DNA of 64,000 nucleotides, taken from assembly GCA_964291235.2 (NCBI GenBank), contig OZ219816.1, forward strand, positions 1,632,001 to 1,696,000, written 5' to 3'. The stretch comes from Vicinamibacteria bacterium. GTDB taxonomy: Bacteria > Acidobacteriota > Vicinamibacteria > Marinacidobacterales > Marinacidobacteraceae. The position numbers and the translations under genes were made by a program. Shown here piece by piece: positions 45,962 through 56,224 of this stretch (position 1 is the stretch's first letter; every line of letters begins with the position of its first letter). The notes under the pieces are model-generated. The model was not told the DNA's origin and ran no database searches. It saw only the letters and a list, made by a program, of their open reading frames with translations.

Positions 45962-46526
45962 GGTAGTAGCTCAGTTTGAACTTGACACGCGGACCGACGC
46001 TGTGAAAGCTCCAGAGGGTACCTCGACCGAGGAGGCCCGAATCTATGCGTTTCCGTTTCACAATCACGCTTGCCCTCTTGGGGGGGGGGGCTGGTCGCCG
46101 GGACGGCGCTTGCGTCGCCAGTTCTTGACATCCGCGCGTCACTGGAGGCACACATTGCGGCCCCAGGCGTGCGCGCCCTGCCCCATTCGGCGGGCGCTCA
46201 GGATGATGACCTGCTACGCCGCCGGTGCCTCAGACAGGCGGAAGCGGCACTCCGGGAGTGCCAGGACACCGACGGGCAGGACTGCACCCGAATCTACGAA
46301 ACGCAGGTGGATGTGTGCTTGGCCACTTATCCGCAGGAAGAGGGCTGGGTGACGGTCTACAAGTGGTATCTCTTGGGCTCCGCCGGGGTCTTAGTGATGT
46401 GGCTGCTTTTGTCCTGAGGCGCAGGCCAATGACCTGACGGAGTCGCTCGCCAAGCCACGCGGCGGAGTCGCGGCTCCCCACCTGCCGTTGGCAGCCAAGG
46501 AACCGTAGTTTCAAACTGATATACGC
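45962..46526. mobile_element. IS-end-flanked passenger cassette without transposase
   Basis: GGTAGTAGCTCAGTTTGAA at 45962 and inverted TTCAAACTGA at about 46510 enclose a single gene. Confidence 0.5.
46045..46417 (+). CDS. Exported CX10C-X7-CX10C protein with C-terminal TM anchor; frameshifted in G11 tract (46080-46090)
   Basis: GAGGAGG RBS; MRFRFTITLALLG then poly-G; removing one G joins to LVAGTALA-S...CLRQAEAALRECQDTDGQDCTRIYETQVDVC...WYLLGSAGVLVMWLLLS. Confidence 0.65.
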
Positions 46527-46568
46527 AGTGGCAGTGATTTGTCACTGACTTGGCCGACAATTGCCAGC

Positions 46569-47006
46569 ATGAACAAACTGGCAACGGCGAAGTGGGCGCA
46601 GATCCTCGGCATGCTCGTAGAGGGCATGTCGATGCGGGCGGTCACCCGGAGCCCTTCGGAGTGCATCGGCACCCGGAAACGGATCATGCGGGGGAACCCG
46701 GCCCCGGAGAAGATCAGCACGTCATACGTGGAGCGGAGCAACCTGTCGGTCCGGATGGGAGTCCGCCGCCTCCCCCGGCTCACCAACGCATTCTCGAAGC
46801 GGCTCCTTCACCATGCCGCCGCCCTGTCGCTCTAATTCCTGCACTACAACTTCTGCCGGGTCCACAAAACGCTCCGCTTCACGCCAACGATGGCGACAGG
46901 GATCGACACCACCGTCCGGGATATGGAGTGGGTCGCCGGGCTGATTGACGCTCGCGCTCCGAAGCCGAACCGCCCGGCGAAATACCGGACCCGCAATTCA
47001 AGGTGA
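46569..47006 (+). pseudogene. IS1-family-like transposase remnant (internal deletion plus premature stop)
   Basis: MNKL---K--QIL--LVEG-SMR fused directly to ISTSYVER-NL--RM--RR--RLTNAFSK; TAA at 46833; then YNFCRVHKTL--TP-MA-G. Confidence 0.85.
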
Positions 47007-47265
47007 GACACCATCCGCCGGGGCGCTCCCGCCGGGCTGATACGGAGTGGTGCTATCGCTCTCTGCTGGCCGCTCCCCTAACCCTCCTGCATAAAACGCA
47101 GCGCAGCGGTGAGCGCCCGGTGCCTGTCCTGCGCGAGCAGAGACACGCGAGTTGGCGAACGTGCTGAGGAAGGTGCGCCGGGGTCACGCGAGTTGGCGCG
47201 AGGCGCGTGAGCGCCGCGGCAGCGTGCTGGTGGGGTAGGGGACTCAGGTCCACAACCTCCACCGG

Positions 47266-48858
47266 CTACCGGTACCGCGCGTTCCACCAATCCGGGTGCG
47301 GCATCGTCATCCCATTCCTGTTCTCGGCCCACTCGAAGAAGTCCCGGTTGTCCACTCTGTGGGTGAGCACTCGCCGGAACGCTTGCACCAGGCTAGCTCC
47401 CGCGCCGCCGGTCTCGAGGTAGTGCAGCACGTCGTCGCTGTTGTCGAAGGACACTCCGCGGTGGTTGACGAACGCAATGAAGTCGCGGGCAAAGGGTTCG
47501 AAATCCGCGCACGAGTGGAGGTAGGTGGCCTGCGGCCACCGCTTCTTCACCATGTCGTTGCGCGAATACTCGAAGGCGAGGCGGTTGAGGTCGATGCGGG
47601 CCGCGAGCACGGTGCGCAGCTCTTCCGATTCTCTGAACAACCGGTGGTACTGCAACTCGGCATTCGTCTCCTGGAACTTTTCCCGGGTCCATTCGTCGAA
47701 GCTGTAGTTGCCTTGAGGCATATCGGACGCGACGTAGTACTGCGCGAACCGGCAGAAGTTCGTCAGATCCTCGTATCCCGACTTGTTGCACGGGCCGCCC
47801 ATGTCGATCACCCCCAGCGGCCGTCCGAGTTCCTGCGTCCAGTGCGCCAACATGTCGGCCGCGTCGTCGTACGTCAATCGGAATTCGAAGAGACGTCCGC
47901 CGGCGGCGCCGTGCCCGTGGTAGTTCAGATGGTGCTCTGAGTCGGGGTACCGTGACACGAGATAGTTCGCGATCCTCTTGAACGTTTCGCGGAGGAAGCG
48001 GCTGACCTCGGGAGAGGAGTTCTCGTGCGGCGGCGGAAGCGGCATCCCGGGGAAGGCCAGGACCCGGAAGCTCTCACGGTAGGCCGTGTATTCCTCCGGC
48101 GTGATGTCTTCGTCGAGACCTCGGTGGGGGTTGAACGAGGCGGGGAATTCGTAGACGTGGACCGCACGGATCTCCTCCCAGAGAACGGCCTCGACGTACT
48201 TGAGGTTCGGGCTCTCTTTCAGGGGAACGCCCACGTCCCACGCCCCGTCGCCTTCCGCCACGAACGGAGTCCAGTCTTCGTTCACCATGACCGCCCGCAG
48301 CATGAGGTGATGCCGGTCGTGTTCCTGGAGGGGTGTCTGAACCTCGTGGGTCAGCACGACCCGGTCCTCGTGCCGTATTTCCACGGTGGACGCGCCGGGC
48401 TCGACCGCGCGCCAGTCCCAATAGCCGTTTCCACGCTTCCGTAAAGGGAGGACCGCAGAATTCGTCGAGACCGCCGCCAAATCGCCAGGATCCTCGTAGG
48501 GGCTCCCGTCGAGGAAAACGGCGAACGTGCCCTCGTGCCCCCAGTCCACGTCTTCCGGAACGGGGGGCGAGGGTTCGAAAGTAAACGCTCCCGCTGGCGT
48601 TTGCGGTTCTGGGGGCGGCGGGGTCGCGGGGGAGGGCGTCGCCATGGGTTCGTCCCCCCGGCATCCGGAGCCGAGGCTGCTGGCGACGAAGAGCATGATC
48701 GCGAGGGCGATCCGCCAACGCTCCCTGCCCGGCGCTGGCCGTTCGATTTCGCATCGGTGGAGGGATCCGCGCGCCAGGCCTCGGCGGCCTGGGCGACGGT
48801 AACAGCGATTGGCTTGGAGGAGGCCGGGCGCGGTGAGACGATCGATGGTGTAAGTCAT
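47266..48858 (-). CDS. Putative lipoprotein with clostripain-like (clan CD) cysteine peptidase domain
   Basis: GGAGG RBS; LGSGC lipobox-like; YP-----L-YHGHG--G, LGVIDMGGPC-K---E and YYVASD echo the C11 His-Gly/Cys dyad context. Confidence 0.55.
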   Translation of the reverse strand: MTYTIDRLTAPGLLQANRCYRRPGRRGLARGSLHRCEIERPAPGRERWRIALAIMLFVASSLGSGCRGDEPMATPSPATPPPPEPQTPAGAFTFEPSPPVPEDVDWGHEGTFAVFLDGSPYEDPGDLAAVSTNSAVLPLRKRGNGYWDWRAVEPGASTVEIRHEDRVVLTHEVQTPLQEHDRHHLMLRAVMVNEDWTPFVAEGDGAWDVGVPLKESPNLKYVEAVLWEEIRAVHVYEFPASFNPHRGLDEDITPEEYTAYRESFRVLAFPGMPLPPPHENSSPEVSRFLRETFKRIANYLVSRYPDSEHHLNYHGHGAAGGRLFEFRLTYDDAADMLAHWTQELGRPLGVIDMGGPCNKSGYEDLTNFCRFAQYYVASDMPQGNYSFDEWTREKFQETNAELQYHRLFRESEELRTVLAARIDLNRLAFEYSRNDMVKKRWPQATYLHSCADFEPFARDFIAFVNHRGVSFDNSDDVLHYLETGGAGASLVQAFRRVLTHRVDNRDFFEWAENRNGMTMPHPDWWNARYR

Positions 48859-49079
48859 GCGAGTGCCTCCGGAGATCGAGTTCCATCCTAATGGCTGGCG
48901 GATCCGGAAGGAGCACAGTTCTCCCGCGCAGGCTCAAAACTCCCCGTAAGACCCCATCCGCGCGGGGGGCCGCGGCGGGGGCCGGCGCAGCGGATCGGTC
49001 TCCGTAAACACAATGGAGTCAATGGGTTACGAGTGCGACCGGCGCGGACCCCCTTTCACACTTTCCCCCCGGTCACGCC

Positions 49080-49110
49080 GGCAGCGAACAAAGTTCGCTG
49101 CCATTTTTTT
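49080..49110 (+). terminator. Intrinsic terminator-like hairpin
   Basis: GGCAGCGAAC-aaa-GTTCGCTGCC followed by a T7 run. Confidence 0.55.
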
Positions 49111-49212
49111 CGCCCTCGTGGCGATAAACCCGCCACCCAGACGGGGATGCCGCAACGCCCCCGTGCCCGCCTGCGGCACCGCAGCTCTCCTCCCCCACCG
49201 CGCGCAGGAAAA

Positions 49213-49710
49213 GGAGCGCCGGCCTCCGGCCGGCATCGCGGCCGCAGGCCGCGAAACTCACGTAGTAGTCCGCCGCACCGCAGCCCTTCCCCCCCAACGG
49301 CGCGCGGGCAAGGGAACGCCGACCTCCAGGTCGGCACAGCCCGCCGCAGGCGGGCGGCAGTGAGTACCCCCCTTCAGCCCCAAGGCGCGCGACAACGGAA
49401 CGCCGGCCAGTTCTCCGGGCCTCCGGCCGCGAAACTCACGCAGTTCATCCGCCGCACAGCACCCAGCCAAACGGGGACAGCGCAACGCCCGGTGCCCTGG
49501 CGCCACCAAGGCTGCTGGGATCCACGCCGAGAGGGGAGCCATCCTGGCGCTGAGGGTCCGTCCCGTCGCCCGCCTTCGGCGGGCTGTGCCGGTGTGGACA
49601 CCGGCGTTCCCTTGCGGTCCCGGCCGTCTGCGCAAGGGTGAGAGACAGCCCAGCGCCGCCGGCTCATTGGATGCAGACAGCGGAGCGCCGGCCGGTTCTC
49701 CGGGCGCGGG
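49213..49710. repeat. Cluster of REP-like palindromes and degenerate REP-element segments
   Basis: Copies at 49213, 49313, 49397, 49585 and 49681; includes GCATCGCGGCCGCAGGCCGCGAAACTC shared with the ~220-bp elements. Confidence 0.75.
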
Positions 49711-49711
49711 T

Positions 49712-50158
49712 TCACGAGCCGCGCGAAGGGTCCTCCCAGGGATTCCGGACCTCGATCCCGAGGCCCGCGAAGTCACGGACGTTCCGGGTCGCGAGCGGGA
49801 GCGACTCGGCGCGAGCAGTCCCCGCTACGAGCGCGTCCGCTAACCGGAGAACGCGTCCCGCGCGTGCGGCTTCGGCGCGAATGCGGGCCGCCTCCCGAGC
49901 GCGCACCGGGTCCAGCTCGAGGACCCGGCCCCGAAAGGAATCCGCCAATTCCCCGACGAACCGCGTCAGTTGGTCACGCTTCCGGCCGGGCGGCAACCGG
50001 AGCGCGCCGTATTCGAGTTCATGAACAACCACGACCGGCAGCAGGGCGCCCCGCGCCGCGCGGAGAAACGCCATGACCCCGGGATGAGGGACCGGCCGGA
50101 ACAGTTCGGAAACCACGTTGGTGTCCAACAGGATCCGCATCTCGGCCGCCGACGTCAC
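49712..50158 (-). CDS. vapC: PIN-domain toxin (VapC/FitB-like)
   Basis: LLDTNVVSEL, EL-YG---LP-G-K, DAL-AGTA and LATRNVRDF; GTGA overlap with the antitoxin stop. Confidence 0.92.
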   Translation of the reverse strand: MTSAAEMRILLDTNVVSELFRPVPHPGVMAFLRAARGALLPVVVVHELEYGALRLPPGRKRDQLTRFVGELADSFRGRVLELDPVRAREAARIRAEAARAGRVLRLADALVAGTARAESLPLATRNVRDFAGLGIEVRNPWEDPSRGS

Positions 50159-50478
50159 TCTTCGAACTCCAGATCGGCGAAGGGAATCTCCCGGCCTCCA
50201 TCGTCGCGGCTCGGCAGCTCGATCTCGCAACCGCGAGGAGCGTTTTCCACCAGCCACTCCCCGAAACCGGGGGTGGGCCCCGCGCGGGCGAGCCATTCAT
50301 GGAGGGGCACGACCACATGGGGCCGCTGCTTCCCGATCTGCTGCGGACCCACCTCGCTGGCGCGACGCAGCACTTCCGACAGGCGCGACTTCGCCTCGGC
50401 GACGGTCCAGACCGCTTCCAGAGCGTCGAAATCGTACGAATGGGGTTTGTTGCCGGGCTCGCGCCGACGGTCGGTCAT
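50155..50478 (-). CDS. Phd/YefM family antitoxin
   Basis: WTVAEAKSRLSEVLRRA---GPQ-I----P-VVVP---W. Confidence 0.88.
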   Translation of the reverse strand: MTDRRREPGNKPHSYDFDALEAVWTVAEAKSRLSEVLRRASEVGPQQIGKQRPHVVVPLHEWLARAGPTPGFGEWLVENAPRGCEIELPSRDDGGREIPFADLEFEE

Positions 50479-50480
50479 AA

Positions 50481-50494
50481 AGACTAGTCTAGTC
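50481..50494. promoter_or_regulatory. Putative TA autoregulatory operator
   Basis: Perfect palindrome AGACTAGTCT with overlapping CTAGTC repeat immediately upstream of the antitoxin ATG. Confidence 0.65.
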
Positions 50495-50632
50495 CATACG
50501 CCCGCCGAGGCGCTTGCGGAGCGGCGACGAGCATCGTTCTCCGGCGGCGTAGCGCGGGCCGGAGACATGCCCGCTACCTCGCTCCTGCTCCGCCCGTTAG
50601 GCTTGCGCGCCACCGAGAATCTGGAGAGCGCC

Positions 50633-52810
50633 ATGCATGTTCCCGAACCCTGCCACTTCCGCAACTGGCTCCGGCAGACGCGCCGCAGCCTCCCGGCCGC
50701 CTTCCTGGTCCCTGCCCTCGCCGCCTGCGGCGGCGGCTACGACTACCCGGATACGCGCAAAGACGACCTTTCGGAGGAACTTCACGGCGTGACCGTCGAG
50801 GACCCGTACCGCTGGCTGGAGGACGACCAGGCGACCGAGGTACTGGAATGGGTGGATGCCCAGAACGAGGTCACCTTCGAACACCTCCGGTCGCTGCCGG
50901 AGCGCGAGGCGATCCGGACGCGCCTCCTCGAACTCCAGGACCACGCCCGCCAGAGCGCCCCGTTCCGTTTCGGTGAGCAGTGGTTCGTCCGCGCGAACGA
51001 CGGGCTCCAGAATCAGGACGTCCTCTATCGGATCGAATCGCCGGGCGAGGACCCGACCGGCTGGGAGGTGCTCCTCGATCCGAACGAGCTCTCCGAGGAC
51101 GGCACCACGAGCGTGGGCATGACGGCGTTCACCGAGGACGGCGCGCTGCTGGCCTACGGGCTCGCGGAAGCGGGCTCCGACTGGCGGGAGTTCCACGTGA
51201 TGGAGGTCGGGAGCGGCGAGAAGCTCGACGACCACCTGCGCTGGATCAAGTACTCGGAGGCTGCCTGGACCCATGACAACGGGGGCTTCTTCTACAGCCG
51301 CTACCCCGAGCCGGACCCCGACGCCGTGCAGGGCGGCATCAACCAGAACATGACCGTCTGGTACCACGCGCTCGGCACCGCCCAGGATGCCGACACGCTG
51401 ATCTACGCAAGCCCCGAGTTTCCGGACCGCCTGGCGGGCGCGCACGTTTCCGACGATGGCCGCTACGCGGTGTTCTCGATCAGCGAGGGCGTTAACCAGC
51501 GGAACGGCATCCACATCCTGGACCTGGGGCGGGCCGAAAGCCCCAGCTTCGACGGAGAGATCGTCCCCGTTCTGGACGAATTCGATGCTTACTACGGCTT
51601 CCTCGGAAACGACGGACCGCGCTTTTATTTCCTGACCGACAACGACGCACCGCGCTACCGCGTGGTCGCCATCAACATCCAGCGACCGGATCCCGCGAAC
51701 TGGCTGGAGGTCGTGCCCGAGAGCGAGGACACCCTTCTCACCGCGCGCATGGTCGGAGACCGTTTCATCCTGGGCTATCTCGACGACGCCAAGAGCCGCC
51801 TCGCCGTCCACACCATGGACGGCGCCTTCGAACGAGAGGTGCCACTACCCGGGATCGGCTCGGTCGGACAACTGAGCGGGACCCGTAAGGACGACGTCCT
51901 CCACTTCACCTTCGCCTCGTTCCTCTTCCCGCCGTCGGTTTACCGCTACGACCTCACCTCCGGGGAGACGGAGCCGCACTGGACGCCGGAGGTTCCGTTC
52001 GATTTCGACCAGTACGAGACGAACCAGGTGTTCTTCGCGTCCTTGGACGGCACCCAGATCCCCATGTTCCTGACACACCGGAAGGACATGATGCGGGACG
52101 GCGATAACCCCACCCTGCTCTACGGCTATGGCGGGTTCAACATCAGCCTGCCCCCGAGCTTCAATCCGTCGAATCTCGTGTTCCTCGAACGCGGCGGGGT
52201 CTACGTACAGGTCAACCTGCGGGGCGGCGGCGAGTACGGCGAGAGCTGGCACCGGGCGGGGATGCTGGAGAACAAGCAAAACGTCTTCGACGACTTCATC
52301 GCCGCCGCGGAGTTCCTGATCCACGATTCGGTCACCCAGCCGGCCCGGCTCGCCATCGCCGGCGGCTCGAACGGCGGGCTGCTCGTCGGAGCGGTGCTGA
52401 ACCAGCGGCCCGAGCTCTTCGGGGCGGCGCTCCCCGCGGTCGGGGTAATGGACATGCTCCGGTTCCACAAATTCACGATCGGGTGGGCCTGGACCTCGGA
52501 TTACGGCAGCCCCGACGACCCGGAGATGTTCGGGGTGCTGCGGGCCTACTCGCCGTACCACAACGTCGCGCCGAGCGAGGACTTCCCGCCGACGCTCGTG
52601 ACCACCGCGGACCACGACGACCGGGTGGCGCCGGGGCACTCCTTCAAGTACGCGGCGCGCATCCAGGACGTCCACGGGGACGGTCCGAATCCCGTCTTCA
52701 TCCGCATTCAGAAGAGCGCCGGGCACGGCGGCGGGATGCCGGTGTCCATGAGGGTGGAGCTCGAGGCCGACCGCTGGGCCTTCCTCCTCCACCACCTCGG
52801 CGTGGGCTAG
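50633..52810 (+). CDS. Prolyl oligopeptidase (S9A), probable lipoprotein
   Basis: LAAC lipobox; DPYRWLED, LLYGYGGFNIS, NLRGGGEYG, GGSNGGLL, TADHDDRV-P-HS-K and GHG-G. Confidence 0.94.
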   Translation: MHVPEPCHFRNWLRQTRRSLPAAFLVPALAACGGGYDYPDTRKDDLSEELHGVTVEDPYRWLEDDQATEVLEWVDAQNEVTFEHLRSLPEREAIRTRLLELQDHARQSAPFRFGEQWFVRANDGLQNQDVLYRIESPGEDPTGWEVLLDPNELSEDGTTSVGMTAFTEDGALLAYGLAEAGSDWREFHVMEVGSGEKLDDHLRWIKYSEAAWTHDNGGFFYSRYPEPDPDAVQGGINQNMTVWYHALGTAQDADTLIYASPEFPDRLAGAHVSDDGRYAVFSISEGVNQRNGIHILDLGRAESPSFDGEIVPVLDEFDAYYGFLGNDGPRFYFLTDNDAPRYRVVAINIQRPDPANWLEVVPESEDTLLTARMVGDRFILGYLDDAKSRLAVHTMDGAFEREVPLPGIGSVGQLSGTRKDDVLHFTFASFLFPPSVYRYDLTSGETEPHWTPEVPFDFDQYETNQVFFASLDGTQIPMFLTHRKDMMRDGDNPTLLYGYGGFNISLPPSFNPSNLVFLERGGVYVQVNLRGGGEYGESWHRAGMLENKQNVFDDFIAAAEFLIHDSVTQPARLAIAGGSNGGLLVGAVLNQRPELFGAALPAVGVMDMLRFHKFTIGWAWTSDYGSPDDPEMFGVLRAYSPYHNVAPSEDFPPTLVTTADHDDRVAPGHSFKYAARIQDVHGDGPNPVFIRIQKSAGHGGGMPVSMRVELEADRWAFLLHHLGVG

Positions 52811-52815
52811 CAGCA

Positions 52816-53592
52816 ATGATCCTGCGCCTCCAGCACATCGGCACCGCCCACCGGAGCCACGCTTCGGCCGCGGAACGCCTCCGCCAGGTGGGGCTCGAAC
52901 CATCCGAACTCCGTACCGACCAGGGGCGCGGGTTCCAGCTCGACTCCCGCAAGCTCCTCGGCAACGAGTGCTGGCTGCACGTGGTCCACAACTGGAACCC
53001 CGAAGCGCGGGTGTGCCGTTACCTCCGCACGGTTGGCGAGGGACTCGAACACATCGCCATCGAGACTGACGACATCGAGGGCGCAGTGGCCCGGGTGAAG
53101 GAAACCGCCCCCATCTTCGAAGATCGGATCTTCCACGCCGCGGACGGCTTCGAAGCGTTCGTCTATCCCGGCGACGCCTGCGGCTTCACCGTGGAACTGA
53201 TCCAGCCGCACGCCTCAAGCTGGAACTGGCCCGCCCCACCGCCGGAGCGCGTCAGTCCCACCCTCTCCGTCACCCGGCTGGCGGAGGTGGTCGCGGGGGC
53301 CGCGGATCCCGAGGCGGCGGGACGGCGGTTCGAAGAACTCTTCGGTGTCGGGTTCGAAAACGGCGGCGCCAGCGTCGCCGTCCCCTTCGGGAACGGCTGC
53401 GCGCTTCGCTTCCGGCGCGGCGCTCCGGGACTCGGCGCGCTGGTGCTCGAGACCACCGATCCCGCAGGCGACCTCCGGGCGCTCGAGGCCGGCGGGACGC
53501 CGGTTGCAGCCGGAAAACGGCCCGGAGAGCTCCGGATTCCGGCCTCGGTGGCCGGTTTCGAAATCGTGCTTCGTGGGTCGAACCACGCCTGA
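52816..53592 (+). CDS. VOC family protein (methylmalonyl-CoA epimerase-like N-terminal domain)
   Basis: LQHIG-A, GEGLEHIAIETDDI, AFV-P----G--VELIQP and a second degenerate VOC domain. Confidence 0.75.
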   Translation: MILRLQHIGTAHRSHASAAERLRQVGLEPSELRTDQGRGFQLDSRKLLGNECWLHVVHNWNPEARVCRYLRTVGEGLEHIAIETDDIEGAVARVKETAPIFEDRIFHAADGFEAFVYPGDACGFTVELIQPHASSWNWPAPPPERVSPTLSVTRLAEVVAGAADPEAAGRRFEELFGVGFENGGASVAVPFGNGCALRFRRGAPGLGALVLETTDPAGDLRALEAGGTPVAAGKRPGELRIPASVAGFEIVLRGSNHA

Positions 53593-53599
53593 GCCAGAA

Positions 53600-53620
53600 T
53601 CAGAGTCTTTTCGACTCAGA
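53600..53620. promoter_or_regulatory. HAIR-like (HspR-type) inverted repeat
   Basis: tcaGAGT-N7-ACTCAga versus consensus CTTGAGT-N7-ACTCAAG, upstream of the groES promoter. Confidence 0.45.
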
Positions 53621-53650
53621 TTTATGTAGTAAACAGCGGCTAAAAAGAAC

Positions 53651-53679
53651 TTGACAATTACGTCGTCCGCGCATATTCT
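53651..53679 (+). promoter_or_regulatory. Sigma-70 promoter of groES-groEL
   Basis: TTGACA (53651-53656), 17-bp spacer, TATTCT (53674-53679), A-rich upstream. Confidence 0.8.
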
Positions 53680-53835
53680 TCCCGCTGTCCGGCGCTCTTG
53701 AAGGCGCCGCCGGCCAGCCAACCGGCTGACCGGCGAGAAACGGCCCGAGGCCCTGAAGCCCGGTCGACCGGACACATCGCAACCCCAGTCATGGATGCCG
53801 CGTGGCGTCCATCCAGAACGAGGAGATACGTTCCG

Positions 53836-54123
53836 ATGAAGTTCAAGCCTCTGAGGGAGAACGTCCTGCTTCGCCGTCTCGAGGCGGCCGAAGAGAAGAT
53901 CGGCTCCATCATCGTCCCTGACACCGCCAAGGAAAAACCGATGACCGCCGAAGTGATCGCGGTGGGCGCCGGCAAGGTGCTGAAGGATGGCGAACGCCAG
54001 GCTCCCGAAGTGAAGCCCGGCCAGCACGTCCTGATCGGCAAGTACTCCGGCTCCGAAGTCAAGCTCGACAACGACGACTTCATCATCGTCCGCGAGGACG
54101 AGATCCTGGGCATCGTCGAGTAG
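53836..54123 (+). CDS. groES: Co-chaperonin GroES
   Basis: GAGGAG RBS; MKFKPL---V, IIVPDTAKEKP, AVGAG, KYSG-EVK and RE-EILG. Confidence 0.97.
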   Translation: MKFKPLRENVLLRRLEAAEEKIGSIIVPDTAKEKPMTAEVIAVGAGKVLKDGERQAPEVKPGQHVLIGKYSGSEVKLDNDDFIIVREDEILGIVE

Positions 54124-55806
<1,683 letters not shown>

Positions 55807-55827
55807 TCCAGGCTCCCTCTCACCCCT

Positions 55828-55861
55828 GGGCGTCGGCGCTCGCGCGCCGGCGCCCTTTTTT
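55828..55861 (+). terminator. Rho-independent terminator of groESL
   Basis: GGGCGTCGGCGC...GCGCCGGCGCCC stem followed by T6. Confidence 0.85.
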
Positions 55862-55929
55862 CGTGTGGGAGGGTTGCTATGACCACGCGGTTTCCGCTTA
55901 CGCCGAGAGGCTGCGTGGCGCAGAGACCT

Positions 55930-56168
55930 GGAGCGCCGACCTCTAGCCAGTTCTTCCGGTGGGGGCCGGCATCGCGGCCGCAGGCCGCGTAACTCCCAGA
56001 TCTGATCACCCCCGACGACGGCGACCCAAACGAGGATGGCGCGACGGTTTTACGTCTGCACGAGCGATGCTGCGCCGCGCCGCTGGGCTGCGGCACCATC
56101 CTGAACGATCAGGACAGGGAGTTTCGCCTCGCTCTGCTCGGCGATGCCAGCCTGGAGGCTGGCGCTCC
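55930..56168. mobile_element. REP-bounded non-autonomous element, copy B (inverted relative to copy A)
   Basis: Colinear with the reverse complement of 36884-37101; left REP interrupted by a short insertion. Confidence 0.75.
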
Positions 56169-56224
56169 TACTGCTCTTCGAGACGACGCGGACGGCCACT
56201 CCCGCCGCCTCCCTGGGAACCCGA

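Larger units (their letters stand above)
40849..49048. mobile_element. Integrative genomic island (~8.2 kb)
   Basis: Integrase at the left end; 10-bp direct repeat CCCCCTTTCA at 40839-40848 and 49049-49058; accessory cargo and IS debris. Confidence 0.72.

Noticed and set aside
49970-50632. N-terminal extension of the 946-aa ORF
   Set aside because: Antisense to the TA pair; the peptidase starts at 50633 after a GGAG RBS with a lipoprotein leader
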